A DNA stretch of 63,769 nucleotides, counting the filler, from Octopus bimaculoides (taxonomy: Eukaryota), in the NCBI RefSeq assembly GCF_001194135.2. It is 4 parts of 3 records of this genome, joined end to end, with 100 filler letters (N's around TTAATTAATTAA, not from the genome) between each part and the next. Parts side by side here need not be neighbours in the genome. Positions count along the whole stretch, not along the records: positions 1 to 24,270 come from NC_068997.1; 3 more parts are not named here. One strand, 5' to 3'. Positions 1 through 13,111 of the stretch are shown here, piece after piece. Within the stretch, counting starts at the first letter, position 1, and each line of letters opens with the position of its first letter. Position numbers and translations under genes: made by a program. The notes beneath the pieces are model-generated. The model made no database searches. It worked only from the letters and a program-made list of their open reading frames with translations, and was not told the origin of the DNA.

Positions 1-700
1 AGGTCACATGAGAGAGTGTTTTTATGATGCTCTCTGGAGACTATCTGTACCTATAAATAGCCTAAATTATCCGCGCCAGTTCGTCGCGGCTACAGATCTT
101 CTAAGATCTGGTCGTAGACCACACAGCACCAACCAACCAGCCAGTTCCAGCGACGACATCAACAGCATCGTTCAACTACGTACTACCAGCAACGTCGCCA
201 GCGTCAACATGACTTCTCCACGTACACAAGCTACCAAACAGCAACCGCAGCTTCTCAACCCTGTTTGTGTGGATCGCCTCACCACGAAATTAACAGCCAG
301 AGTTCAACCTGCGAAGAACATCTGTATCAAGAATCCGGCCCGGCATCGAAGCCTCAACTGTACAAGTGACTTAGATCTGCCCCAACGCCTTAACCTCATT
401 CATACAGACCTACAAATCTACTGTGTACCTTAACAGAACTGGTATCTTATTATCCTGTGTTACAGACTCTTTCTATGCTTTGTATCTCTTGCATTCACAT
501 ACATATATTTGTACACAGACACTATTTTGTTTACATGACGGCCAGTCTTATATTGTGTTTTAATATGTCGCATTCACTCACACACAGACATACAGTTTAA
601 TGTTCCAATAAATCTTACTGTTATTCATCTTTATCGGTTGCGTTTCTATCGTTTTCCTTACTGGCATTCCTTCGCATTCCGCATGCGAATCCTCTATGTT
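1..700 (+). mobile_element. Possible LTR-like/long repeat remnant
   Basis: TATAAATAG at ~52-60 and AATAAA at ~607 followed by T-rich sequence, a layout typical of a solo LTR. The 8..433 ORF has no recognisable domain. No partner LTR or TSD is visible. Confidence 0.25.
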
Positions 701-2639
701 ATAGTATTATAACATATATCATTATATTTTTGTGTTGACNNNNNNNNNNNNNNNNNNNNNNNNNNNNNNNNNNNNNNNNNNNNNNNNNNNNNNNNNNNNN
801 NNNNNNNNNNNNNNNNNNNNNNNNNNNNNNNNNNNNNNNNNNNNNNNNNNNNNNNNNNNNNNNNNNNNNNNNNNNNNNNNNNNNNNNNNNNNNNNNNNNN
901 NNNNNNNNNNNNNNNNNNNNNNNNNNNNNNNNNNNNNNNNNNNNNNNNNNNNNNNNNNNNNNNNNNNNNNNNNNNNNNNNNNNNNNNNNNNNNNNNNNNN
1001 NNNNNNNNNNNNNNNNNNNNNNNNNNNNNNNNNNNNNNNNNNNNNATATATATATATAATGTATGCTCCATTTACTGTATGAATTTAAATAAGGTGCCTT
1101 AGCTTCAGTTTGAAAGTGAAAATCGAATAATAAAATAATAAATAATGTAACCAAATAAAATATTTGATATCAGTGTGAAAATAGATTCCATGGTTGAACA
1201 TCGGAGCTTTCGTCAGCTGGAAGTGAGGCTAATATCGTTTAAAATTTTTTTTTTTTATTAAAGACTCGTCAGAGATCACTGATCTCACCTTTTGAGCAGC
1301 CGACGTGAAGAAAAGAACCACTTATTGTAAATAAAAACAAAATTACAACAACTGTAACGAAATTTATATACTAGTTTATTAAACATATTTAATGAATGTT
1401 CTGTTTTCACATTTACTTACAATAAGGCGGTGCTGGGTCAAAAGTCGATAATGCTCGGCTGTCAAACTTTTTATAGGTTTGTCATAATTATGTTTATATT
1501 TGTAAGTAGTTTAACTTGAGCAACTTGGAAGGCGAAGGCAGCGATCCTTGATGACGTCACCCAAAATCGAAACTAGTCGGTTTGATTTTCATTTCAATCT
1601 ATTGAAAGCGTTGTGGTTTATTCATGGCCGTAATTTCACTGCGAGATTAAGCATTCGTTTATTAGACTTACTGTATATATGGCTTCTGTACAAACACTAA
1701 CACACACAGATAGATAGATACATACATACATACATACATACACAGACACCCGTGTACGGATGAATGCATATATACTTACATGTATACAAATATATACATG
1801 CATGCACACATATCCAAATCCGCACAGTATTTACTTTGACACACGCACGCACCAAAAGACACTCACACACGCCTCGATGCGTGCACTCACGCACATATTT
1901 ATCTACAAACAGCTGGGGTTAGCTTAGAGATTCCGCCACACATACAGTAATATTTCTTTATGCTTGATGACATCAGCTTTAACGAGCTGACAGTTTCCTA
2001 AATTTGACATATTTGAATAAACATTGATAAACTGACATTTCCTAACGGCAGTTTTCACACTTCTATTCCATCGCAACCAATAACAAAGAGAGTCGCAATT
2101 TTCCTCACCAATTTAAACATCGCTTATATTCTCGGGAGACTGGGCCGCCGTTGTCAGAGTAACTTCAGAAAAAGAAGCACAAATGTATCTCAACAAAGTA
2201 GATGTTAGCTTAGAAATTTTGATAATAAATTTTACATAGGTGCGGCTATGTGGTAAGTAGCTTGAAATAAGTTCACAATTTTGGACATAAATGCAAAACA
2301 CCACACACTCGCCTCCCGTGTTTCGCTTCCCATACTGTATGTGCGATTCTTTGTTTACTCATCTACAATAGATTACGTATTTTCTTTTAATATATTTTAA
2401 TTAATGTGTTATACGGTGCAATACTGTACTGTATTTTTATTTATCTATTTATTAATTTTTAGACGTGAAAATGCTTATTTTACCACAAAAATAATTAGAA
2501 TCTAAAAAAAATATGAATACCTATCAACCGCAGAAACCCGAGATATACTGAGGAGTTCGCTATATAAATTTACATATTAGCCAGAAAAATTTGCGATGTA
2601 CTGAGTGCACAATAGGTGAACCACGATATGACGAGATTA

Positions 2640-2679
<40 letters not shown>

Positions 2680-2790
2680 CGATTGTCTGCATGTACGGCT
2701 ATTTTGAATTAGACCAAAGAAGAGATAGAAAAGTTGATAGGCTAACGTGAAAGAAAATGGTTGACAATAGTGCATTACACCTGAAGATAT
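2680..2790 (+). mobile_element. Small decayed RLE-type LINE fragment
   Basis: Frameshifted translation ~(W)TKEEIEKL/DRLT*KKMVDNSALHLK resembles the post-RT motif seen at 51318-51533 (LDRRTRKLMTLHGALHSK). Confidence 0.4.
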
Positions 2791-3169
2791 GCCATTCGAA
2801 ATGTCTCGCGGGCCGAAAATTCCCCATGACTGGTCTACGCTGTTACTAGACCTGCTAGAAGTAACTGCAAAATCTCCCTCGAATCATGTTTTATTTTCTT
2901 TAAAAAAGGCGAAATATGTTGCACAATATACTCCTGGATATACAAACAGGTTGGATGGTCAGAATGGAATGCCTCTGATCATAGGCTTGCTCAATGAGGA
3001 CAAGGTTAAACAACCGGATATATACCACCCTTTTTCGTCTCTCTTTCTCTCCCTCTGTATCCGTCCTTACCTTTCTCCATTTTTCTGCAACATGTCTTTG
3101 TAATCGTAGTTTTCGACGAGCAATAACCATGAATCGGATAACTTTCATTGACTGTGGTACCACCTTTTC

Positions 3170-3200
3170 GTAGCAGCAGTAGAAGCAGCAACAGCAGTAG

Positions 3201-3236
<36 letters not shown>

Positions 3237-3237
3237 A

Positions 3238-3268
<31 letters not shown>

Positions 3269-3270
3269 TA
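3170..3270. repeat. (CAG)n/(TAG)n compound microsatellite
   Basis: Direct reading. Representative of the many (TA)n, (CA)n, (AG)n, (AAT)n, (CAT)n and (ATAC)n tracts throughout the window. Confidence 0.9.
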
Positions 3271-3641
3271 AAGCATCAATACCTTTAAGCAAACAACGAA
3301 GACCTTCTTATTGTTGGTTGACGAGTTTCACAGGTTTCCTGTTCGTCTGTCCTTTCGTCTGAATTGTCTTATAATGGAAAACAGATCGCAACTTGTTATC
3401 CTCACCTCGTTCACAGCAACAAAACGTGCCAAATACCGAAGTGGTCAACTTTACGAGATGGTGTGTGTGTATGCGCGCGCGCGTGTGTGTGCGTGTATAT
3501 ATAGATAATAATGTATGATAAGTGCTATGCATCTATGTATGTAGGCGTGTATGTGTATATATATATATATATGTATGTATGTATACTTACAAGTATATGT
3601 GTGTATGCATGCATGTATATATACGTATAGGCATACATATA

Positions 3642-3686
<45 letters not shown>

Positions 3687-3851
3687 GCATACCACATACA
3701 TATATGGTTATTTGTGTTTTTCTTGACATTGTGTTGAAGAATGGGTTGGTTCCATGATAAGCCAGCAATTTATTTGTCCAATTATCAAAGAATGTCAAAG
3801 TTTTATACCCCTCACCCTTCACCCCCACCCCATTAGACACTCGCATACACG

Positions 3852-3891
<40 letters not shown>

Positions 3892-4921
3892 AACAGACAA
3901 ATACTCCATCAAGCAAAATTTTATATACACAAACCCAAGTATAGAGATATTAAACTGACAGGCTGAGACAGGATTTGAACTCAGAACACAAAGATCCGGG
4001 GCAAAGGCTGCAATACATCTCATCCGACGTACTTAACATTTCCGCCAATGCACCACCCTAGATNNNNNNNNNNNNNNNNNNNNNNNNNNNNNNNNNNNNN
4101 NNNNNNNNNNNNNNNNNNNNNNNNNNNNNNNNNNNNNNNNNNNNNNNNNNNNNNNNNNNNNNNNNNNNNNNNNNNNNNNNNNNNNNNNNNNNNNNNNNNN
4201 NNNNNNNNNNNNNNNNNNNNNNNNNNNNNNNNNNNNNNNNNNNNNNNNNNNNNNNNNNNNNNNNNNNNNNNNNNNNNNNNNNNNNNNNNNNNNNNNNNGA
4301 CAGCATGGCGACTCAAAGAGTTGTTTACAACAGCCATAGTCAAACTGCAGCCCGGGAGACCTTTTTTTTTCTGAATGACATGCTAAGCAAATAAATTACC
4401 TTGAATTTCTTTAATAGTGCGACCCGCCCTACGATGAACTATTTCTCATGTGGTCCGCTTCTCGAAAACGTTTGCTCACGCCTGGTTTTCAATAATCAAG
4501 GATACAAGTGATGTAAAAAAAAAAAAAAAAGCCACTTTGATGTATTCGATTATAACGTTATTAAGCGACAAAAACTCACTGAATATTGTCAATGATCAAT
4601 AGTTACTTCATTTACATTTACTGTTGTACGATACATTTGGCACACAAAGCGCCAAGCCTTTTCTCTCGGAATATATAACATCTGGTGGGAGGGGGACTAG
4701 GAAGTCAAAGATAAACCCATTAGAAAAAGAGATTAGATAAATAAAGAAAGCAATGTATTATGAAACATCATCCTGATACATTGAAAAAGCTCATTACAAA
4801 ATTTAGCAGCAATTAAAGGTCTATTTACATACCAAGTCTCCCCCACCGTGAAAACGTTAAATTGATAGGGCTCTTTTTATTATTATTATCATTCTTAACT
4901 AAAGAGCAATTATTTCTAACA

Positions 4922-5706
4922 TATTGCGTTGGCAAGAAAGTAATTTCGTTTTTCGTAAATAGATAGAGTTACGATTTTTTAAATGACTTTTGTCAATGTT
5001 ATGATTTTTTTCCTTTTGACATTTGATAGCCGTTACTTTTAGCTTACTTTAGTAGCAAATTATGAGTAATTTTGTTTACAGTTGTGAGTTCACTGTCAAT
5101 TTTAACATGGAGTGCAAAGACGAACATTTTCGCCATATTTTGCTTTTATATTTCCGTAAAGGCAAGAAAACTGCTGAGGCTCACAAAGAGTTTATGGTGT
5201 TGATTGCTTAACAAAACGTACATGTAAGAAATAGTTTTAAAAGTTCCGTTCTGGAGATTTTTCACGCAAAGATGACCAACGTTCAGGTCGACCTACTGAA
5301 GTTGATGATGACCGAATCACAGCCATAATTGAATCTGATTGTCATATAACTGTGCGAGAGATTGCAGAAAGGTTAAATGCATCACACACAACAACTGAAA
5401 ATCACTTAGAATGTCTTAAACTTGTTAAGAAGCTCGATATTTAGGTTCTACATAAATTGAAAGAGATTCACTTAACATAACGGATCAATATTTGCGCTAT
5501 TTGTCTCAAACACAATGAAATCGATCTTTTTTTAAAACGAATCATCACTGGTGAGGAAAAATGGATTGTCTCAAAAAAGGGTCATGCTGTCAATTTGGTG
5601 GGATTACAAAGGAAGTGTATATTTTGAGCTGCTTCCAAAGAACCGAACGATCAATTGATATGTTTACTGTCAAAAACTAATGAAATTACTTTCTTGCCAA
5701 TAGATT
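4922..5706 (+). mobile_element. Mariner DNA transposon, internally deleted, inactive
   Basis: Perfect 19-bp inverted repeat TTGGCAAGAAAGTAATTTC at 4929-4947 and 5682-5700. From the ATG at 5107: MECKDEHFRHILLLYFRKGKKTAEAHKE...KFRSGDFS..DDQRSGRPTEVDDD...LKRIITGEEKWIV (mariner HTH and first catalytic motif) with stops and frameshifts. The right TIR follows directly, so the C-terminal half is missing. Confidence 0.9.
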
Positions 5707-6794
5707 AAAACCTACAGGTTTTAAGAAACAGAAGAAGTGATCAATTCCGGTATTTGATTGGTTGTTTATGTTTTTGATTCCGGGAGGATGAAAGATAGAG
5801 TTGGTCCCAACATGATTTGAACACGGTATGTAAAATGGCACAATTCAATATCGCAAGATACTCTGGCTGCCGAGCTACCGATTCTCATACCAACGTTTAT
5901 GTAACTACAGATTAATAAATAATGATGATTCCNNNNNNNNNNNNNNNNNNNNNNNNNNNNNNNNNNNNNNNNNNNNNNNNNNNNNNNNNNNNNNNNNNNN
6001 NNNNNNNNNNNNNNNNNNNNNNNNNNNNNNNNNNNNNNNNNNNNNNNNNNNNNNNNNNNNNNNNNNNNNNNNNNNNNNNNNNNNNNNNNNNNNNNNNNNN
6101 NNNNNNNNNNNNNNNNNNNNNNNNNNNNNNNNNNNNNNNNNNNNNNNNNNNNNNNNNNNNNNNNNNNNNNNNNNNNNNNNNNNNNNNNNNNNNNNNNNNN
6201 NNNNNNNNNNNNNNNNNNNNNNNNNNNNNNNNNNNNNNNNNNNNNNNNNNNNNNNNNNNNNNNNNNNNNNNNATATATATATATAATTTACTTTGTCTTT
6301 CATCTATTAATCGCCAAAAAGAAACGCTTATAAGATCTGCTAACATTATTATGAAGGAACTTCCCTTTCACAAAACCAAAGAGGCAAAAGGTTTTTTTTT
6401 TCTTTTCATATTTTATTATTTGAAGCACTTAAACAGAACAATAAACAGTTAGAAAGAACAATATCCGAGACAATAAATTCAATCTTTTTTTTTTTTTGAC
6501 GACATTCTCTTAACGACTGGCTAAACATGTCGGCCATTATAACCGAGCGAATCGAGTCAAAGCAATAAATTATTACGGTAACTACACGACGGGTAACGAG
6601 AGGCAAACAGCTATGGTTTCCGACCCACCGCAGCGTTGATGTAATGACCCTTACGCAAGTGTTACTAACCAAATCTTTATAAACATAGTTTTAGGTTCCT
6701 CAACTGAAGTATCTGGGGATTAATTTATTAGCTTCTTTGTAACGTCTCGTAATGTTGATACGCCCCTCTCTCTCTCTCTCCCTATCTCTCACAC

Positions 6795-6842
<48 letters not shown>

Positions 6843-7308
6843 NNNNNNNNNNNNNNNNNNNNNNNNNNNNNNNNNNNNNNNNNNNNNNNNNNNNNNNNNN
6901 NNNNNNNNNNNNNNNNNNNNNNNNNNNNNNNNNNNNNNNNNNNNNNNNNNNNNNNNNNNNNNNNNNNNNNNNNNNNNNNNNNNNNNNNNNNNNNNNNNNN
7001 NNNNNNNNNNNNNNNNNNNNNATGAATATAATTATAAAATTATAATAAGGGCAACTACCAAGTAATGCCACATGCTAGAAGAGGACGCCAAATGGCTCTA
7101 AACTACTTTATCTATCACATAGACACGCGCTGAAAGCGAAGGAGTGAACGAAAAAGATTTTTTGAAAAAGTTTAGTCATGGATCGATTTCTGGTTTCGGC
7201 ATGTAATACCACTTTACCGTCCTCACTATGACATAACTAGAAGTACATAATTATAAACATTTATACATACCATACGAACACAACGTATCCACGGTGCATA
7301 TACTAATG

Positions 7309-7356
<48 letters not shown>

Positions 7357-7381
7357 AAAACATCNNNNNNNNNNNNNNNNN

Positions 7382-7454
<73 letters not shown>

Positions 7455-7477
7455 AAAACATCATTTATCTGTTACAG

Positions 7478-7627
7478 GTTGGCAATCATGGAGTGCTTGG
7501 AGTTCGTGCAGAAGGAATTGCGATGGAGGAATACAAGTCCGGAAGCGTCGCTGTTTTAATTCGACTTCATCAAATTGCAAAGGTGTAATGAAAGACTTTC
7601 GACATTGTAACACGTTTCCTTGTGAAG
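7478..7627 (+). CDS. Plus gene exon: thrombospondin type-1 (TSP1) repeat
   Basis: ttacag|GT...GAA G|gtaatc, 150 nt, phase 1-1. Translates (G)WQSWSAWSSCRRNCDGGIQVRKRRCFNSTSSNCKGVMKDFRHCNTFPCE, with the WxxWxxWxxC, RxRxC and 6-Cys TSR signature. Confidence 0.93.
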
Positions 7628-7729
7628 GTAATCCTGGTTTCCTATTGCGGTTTACTCGCTAATGAAAACTGAAACGATCGTAAGCTCATGCCATGCTATC
7701 CTCCGTTTCTTCATTCAGTTACTTTAAAC

Positions 7730-7894
7730 CAGTGATTCCCAACCCTTGTATTTAATTAAATGTGTTTTCCCGGAGACCCTTTTAATATGCTTATCCTCAT
7801 ATATATATATATATATATTTATATATATGAAATTTTGAATTTACTTTACGGACCCCCAGTACTACCTTTGCGGACCCCAGGCTGGGAATCATTG
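7730..7894. mobile_element. hAT-type MITE
   Basis: TIRs CAGTGATTCCCAACC / GGCTGGGAATCATTG, flanked by a 7/8-matching 8-bp TSD (CTTTAAAC 7722-7729, CTTTAAAG 7895-7902). Confidence 0.75.
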
Positions 7895-8023
7895 CTTTAA
7901 AGTATTGGAGCGTTTTGATTTCATAGTTAACTGTTTCTAATTTTGACACAGGGGCAGCAATTTTGTGCCTTCAATAGAAGGATATATTTTGTATTTCATA
8001 GTCTTAACATCTTTTCATTACAG

Positions 8024-8535
8024 GTGTCAACAATTTGTTAAAACTTTTTCGTATAAATAATGCCAAGAACCAAAAGATAAATTCTAAGAAGCCTTCCAGA
8101 CTTTTTACCGTAATTCCTGGGAAATCTTCTCAACGGCAGCTGTCAACTCTATTTCCATCAGGCTTTCCACACGACTTTTCTCTCTTTGTCACAGCGAAGT
8201 TCTCCTCCAACAGTAATGGTTATGTATTAGCCTTAACTGATTCTTCCAACAAAGTCTTACTAGGAATTTGGTTCGGGACTAAACTCCTAAGAATTGAACA
8301 CAGAGAATTGACGTCGCATAGCACAGAGACAGAGACAGCTATTTTCCATGTAGACCTATTAAATCAACGATGGCACCAATTCTCCTTGAGTCTGAAGGGA
8401 AATTCTGTGACATTGTATTTCGATTGTACTCACGAGCATTCTCATACACTTATTCGATCAAGAAGGGCTTATGTCGGAAACAATCTCACACTTTCTATTG
8501 GGGCAAATGTTACATGCAAGAATTCTTCCTTCGAA
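8024..8535 (+). CDS. Plus gene exon: laminin-G-like / TSPN domain
   Basis: ttacag|GT GTC AAC...TTC GAA|gtaagt, phase 1-0, in frame with the TSP1 exon. LFPSGFPHDFSLFVTAKF...YVLALTD...RWHQFSLSLKGNSVTLYFDC is the TSPN/LamG pattern of collagens, thrombospondins and NELL. Confidence 0.92.
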
Positions 8536-8678
8536 GTAAGTATTTCAATTCTTTTGTTTGATTTCTTTTTCTACAATACAACCTAGAACAGATACAAATT
8601 ATTTTGTTGTGTCTTTGGAGACTCATTACACTAATAATAATAATACACGCATTGGTTCAGTATTATTTCTTTATTGTT

Positions 8679-8886
8679 AGTCAATTGGTCAAATAGCTAA
8701 CCAATCGATTGTTTGTTCAATGTGTTGGTTAAAAATCAATCGGTTGTTTGTTTTTCAAAATCCTTTCGTCGCTATTCGCGACCTCATCAAAAGACATGTC
8801 CGCTCTCTTCAAGTTCTGCCTTGATTGTTTAATTAACAAACAAACGACCGGTTAGTTTAGTTGGTTAGATATTTAACCGATTGACT
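8679..8886. repeat. Fold-back element (MITE-like)
   Basis: AGTCAATTGGTCAAATAGCTAACCAA (8679-8704) versus the reverse complement of 8861-8886: 23/26 match. Confidence 0.6.
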
Positions 8887-11559
8887 ATATTATTGGCATA
8901 ATGACCTTCTCAAGACACAATAAGATTTGTTTCAACACACGAGTCTTGCAAATCGAATACAAAAACTGCAGGTTATTGGGAACTGGAAAAGTTTTTCATA
9001 ACATTGAAGTATTATTTTCTATTTCTTGTTGGTGAAAAAGTAGAATTTAGAGATGCCATGATACTTTTAGGTATATGACGTTGCTCGATGAATTTTTGTA
9101 GATTATGAAGATAAAAGGTCGTGCATTTTCATATCAAACAAAAGTATAAATGAACATTTGTGATTGCGGTTATCACAAAACAACATCCACGCAGTCAGTA
9201 TCTAAGGGAAGGAGATCTGGTTGCAGAGACTGAAAATAAATGTTAATTCGAAATTGTCTCTGATTTTGCTTTTATGTCATAAAAATGAAAATTTTCAGAT
9301 GGAGCTGAAAACCCTGGAACCACAGAATTACTATTCTTAAACAAACCAATATCATCGTTTATAATTAAAAAAACAAATGGTTTTTCTAAGCATATCAGCA
9401 TTTCATAGTTGATTAGGCAATTCAATTGAAGTTTGATGATAGTTTCCGATAGAGACATTAACATTACAGCCGAATAGGTCTGAAATAGTTCTATCACGTG
9501 TTACTATATGATCCAGTGGAATCGATCTCCAATACTGGCTCGTTTCCTGTTTAGCTACTTTATTTCATTCCTCCTCATATCAAACTTGTTTCCGCCACAT
9601 AACACGGAACTGGAATCTTCAATGGTAAGTCAAGGTCCCGTTAACTGCTTCGAAAAAGCTCCATCCTAGAATGGCAAACAGTTCCAAATTACGATTGATA
9701 TTTCTCACGAAAATCTTTGAAAGACATTAGTATTAATTCTAATTATGGATTAGTAATCTACACGTTCTTATTTTTCTTCGATAATTGATTAAACCTTGCA
9801 TTTATAAATTAATCTCATAAACTAGATCACTGNNNNNNNNNNNNNNNNNNNNNNNNNNNNNNNNNNNNNNNNNNNNNNNNNNNNNNNNNNNNNNNNNNNN
9901 NNNNNNNNNNNNNNNNNNNNNNNNNNNNNNNNNNNNNNNNNNNNNNNNNNNNNNNNNNNNNNNNNNNNNNNNNNNNNNNNNNNNNNNNNNNNNNNNNNNN
10001 NNNNNNNNNNNNNNNNNNNNNNNNNNNNNNNNNNNNNNNNNNNNNNNNNNNNNNNNNNNNNNNNNNNNNNNNNNNNNNNNNNNNNNNNNNNNNNNNNNNN
10101 NNNNNNNNNNNNNNNNNNNNNNNNNNNNNNNNNNNNNNNNNNNNNNNNNNNNNNNNNNNNNNNNNNNNNNNNNNNNNNNNNNNNNNNNNNNNNNNNNNNN
10201 NNNNNNNNNNNNNNNNNNNNNNNNNNNNNNNNNNNNNNNNNNNNNNNNNNNNNNNNNNNNNNNNNNNNNNNNNNNNNNNNNNNNNNNNNNNNNNNNNNNN
10301 NNNNNNNNNNNNNNNNNNNNNNNNNNNNNNNNNNNNNNNNNNNNNNNNNNNNNNNNNNNNNCCTTCAATAAATGATGATGCCACTTCTAAAGCAAGTAGA
10401 AATATAATATACCATTTATCTCAAAATAAGTTTCAGTGGGGCTCTTGTGAAACGTTAATTCTCCTGACTTTAGAATATTTCCATCTGAATAAATGTTTCT
10501 CAACCATTTTCTTTTTTTCCCCACACCCAACTTCGGTTAAAAAAAAAAAAGAAAAACTTGTGTCCTAACATGAACGGACCGTGTTACACTCCACCTTAGG
10601 AAATACTGATTTAAATATTCTAAGAGTTAATTGAAGAATCCTTTGTGAACCAATTCCAACGAAACCTCATAAAACAGTGTCATAGAAAACTACGTCTGGA
10701 AATAGATGTACTATTTGGCTGTTATTGTTGTTTAACCACAGGTCATGTCTTCTAGAGCCTATGTATAATCAAAGTCATCCCAGCTGTGGTCTTTTCAAAG
10801 AGCAGTCATGACTTCATTATCTAATGCCCTTCTTTTTTTTTCTTCCAAGTCTGTAAGTTGTGATTTGGATAAGATTTGGCTGCTATTTCTACCTTTTTCA
10901 AGCTGCCACACAGTTCACTAGTTAGATGGTGTTGGTATTAAACGAATCTGTGTTGAATCATTTACGTCTCCGTAACTTAGTGGCTCGACAAACGGAAGAG
11001 ATAGAGTAAGTGCAAAATGTGAGAGCCTAATTACTGGGATCGATTTGTTTGACAAAGGTCCTTCAAGGCGATGCTCCAGTATGACCGCACTCCAATGACT
11101 GAAACAAATTTTTAAAAGATCCAGATCAAGGAAGATTGATGTAGAGGCTCGTTCGTTGGTGAGAACGGTGAAGGTGTTCGACCAAAGGGAGTGTCTCATT
11201 GGGACGCGCGGCTGAATGTCTCTGCTTTATACGTATTGCTTTCAAATGAATGCATACAAAGTACAGGTGTTGATTTGTTAATGACTCCCTCAAGATATAT
11301 GAGATCATTGTGGATGTCTGGTCTTCGAAACGTCTAGATAGAATAGAGACAGCTGATGAAGGGATATTCCAAGGGGCTTTCCGTTTTCCTATGTGTTCGT
11401 TCCGTTGTCTGTAGTTTATTGTTCTAACGTCCTGTACCCTGATATGCACGTATATACACATGTAGATGTAAGTATGTACATATATGTGTGTATACATGTA
11501 TATATATTCTTTGTATTATTACATTATTGAACGCACACGTCCTATTTTACAAGTAAGTC

Positions 11560-11593
<34 letters not shown>

Positions 11594-11759
11594 TACTAGC
11601 AATGCAANNNNNNNNNNNNNNNNNNNNNNNNNNNNNNNNNNNNNNNNNNNNNNNNNNNNNNNNNNNNNNNNNNNNNNNNNNNNNNNNNNNNNNNNNNNNN
11701 NNNNNNNNNNNNNNNNNNNNNNNNNNNNNNGAAGCAAATAACTCTTCTTTATAAACATG

Positions 11760-11960
11760 TTTTTCGGTCATTCTGTGATGGACAATGCTGAAATTGTCGA
11801 CACCAAAAAACATGTAGATTAGAACGAAATCCTAACATTGCCTCCCAAAATGACCCAGACTTACGGATGTAAAGAATTGAATGACGTATGGAGACGTAGA
11901 GTTATCCATATTGCAGAAAGTAAGATACATGGAAAGAAAGCTGCTTCATTGTGAAACGCA
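11760..11960 (+). mobile_element. Possible Tc1/IS630-like DDE transposase remnant
   Basis: Translation SVMDNAEIVDTKKHVD*NEILTLPPKMTQTYGCKELNDVW loosely matches the VMDNA...LPP...ELN..W pattern. Confidence 0.3.
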
Positions 11961-12019
11961 CCATCTCTGTAATGTTTAGGCAGACTGCACACTTCAACAT
12001 ATGTTAAATGAAGCCAAAA

Positions 12020-12905
12020 ATGCTTCTGAGTAAATTATGTTTTGTGTAAGTCCAGCGCTGGTAGAATAAATATACAAGTCATCTGCACTGCTAACTCGAG
12101 AGCATGCGACGTACAATTGTCCATGAGAAAAACAGGGTGTTTGTAAATTGAAACCCACAATTTTTAAAGTTTCACTCTAGGCTTTGTTGATTGTCATAGC
12201 GAAGCACAATCGCACTGAGAACTAGAGGCACTGGAATTGAAATGGCACATTTAAGGGAATAAGGGGCATGCATGGAATGTATGCAATCTCTCCCCGATGG
12301 CAGCCGGCAATAACGGCTGCTTCTAGGACATGACTTGTCATTGTAGTTACAGCTAATCTTGTACCATTGCATAGTCGTGGTGGGTTCAAATTCCTCAAGA
12401 GCATGGTAGGTGAACCTTTCTTTAGGAACGACTTATGAGGTGGTAGTCCTGTGGGTTGTAGAGAGTTCAGTAATCCAACTTGATACTGAAGAGCGGCATG
12501 TTCATCGATGGTAGTATCAATAGAGACAAACGTTGAAGCATCTCCAGGTAGAATGTGGAGGAGTTCATAGTTTACTTTATCACCGCTTTCATTCCGAGGT
12601 ACTAAAATAGCTCTCTCTGCGAACTATGCTATGTTTTTGAAGTTGTCTTGCAATGTGGGAAATATCTTTTTTAAAGCTCGGCCAATGTAGACCCCATGTG
12701 CCCACATTGCAGTGCATGCTGTTGCAAGTACATGTTGTTCGACGGTAAGGCCCCATTTCCAATTTGTAGAAGTTGATGAGAGAATTTCTCAGCTAGAGAT
12801 GAGCTCGCATATTCTTGCTTAATGAAAGCTGACGTTGGGTGGAAACAATTGTAGCGATTAAAAAATAACTGTCTAACCGTACTCCTTGTTGGCTCCACTT
12901 TCTTC
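12020..12905 (-). mobile_element. Helitron RepHel helicase (PIF1-like) C-terminal remnant
   Basis: Minus-strand pieces FAERAILVPRNE..., [78 protein letters not shown] are hallmark Helitron/PIF1 motifs, interrupted by stops. Confidence 0.9.
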
Positions 12906-13023
12906 AATTTTGCATGTATGTATATATGTATGTATGTGTGCGTGTGTATATGTGGATGTATGTATGCATATAAGTGAATAACATCCATGTATGATTTTAA
13001 AATATGTTCATCATTATTTTTAG

Positions 13024-13111
13024 GTCTCACTTACAGACAGACAAGTTATAACGACAACAGAACATAACTTTCTACCTTCTCTGCCAGCTAAGAAGGAACA
13101 ATCAGTTGCTG
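13024..13111 (+). CDS. Plus gene exon: linker
   Basis: ttttag|GTC...GCT G|gtaaaa, 88 nt, phase 0-1, open (VSLTDRQVITTTEHNFLPSLPAKKEQSVA). It supplies the phase change needed between the LamG exon (0) and EGF1 (1). No domain signature. Confidence 0.55.

Noticed and set aside
8-433. 141-aa ORF as a protein-coding gene
   Set aside because: Low-complexity S/T/Q/N composition, no domain, no splice support; sits in LTR-like repeat sequence.
1552-1559. Perfect CRE palindrome TGACGTCA as a promoter of the plus gene
   Set aside because: An 8-mer is not unlikely by chance in 64 kb, and no first exon could be located near it.
2900-3292. Poly-Cys/Tyr ORF and similar poly-N/H/I/L/CV ORFs (e.g. 17904, 33117, 37729, 38646)
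   Set aside because: Translations of microsatellites; all X-rich ORFs are N-gap artefacts.
7320-7463. Direct repeat (CA)n-TATAAAAACATC on both sides of a short gap
   Set aside because: Sequence duplicated across an N gap is a contig-overlap artefact.
9517-9624. Phase 0-0 open segment with a GTAAGT donor as the missing LamG exon
   Set aside because: The translation (WNRSPILARFLFSYFISF...) has no TSPN character and the acceptor context is weak.
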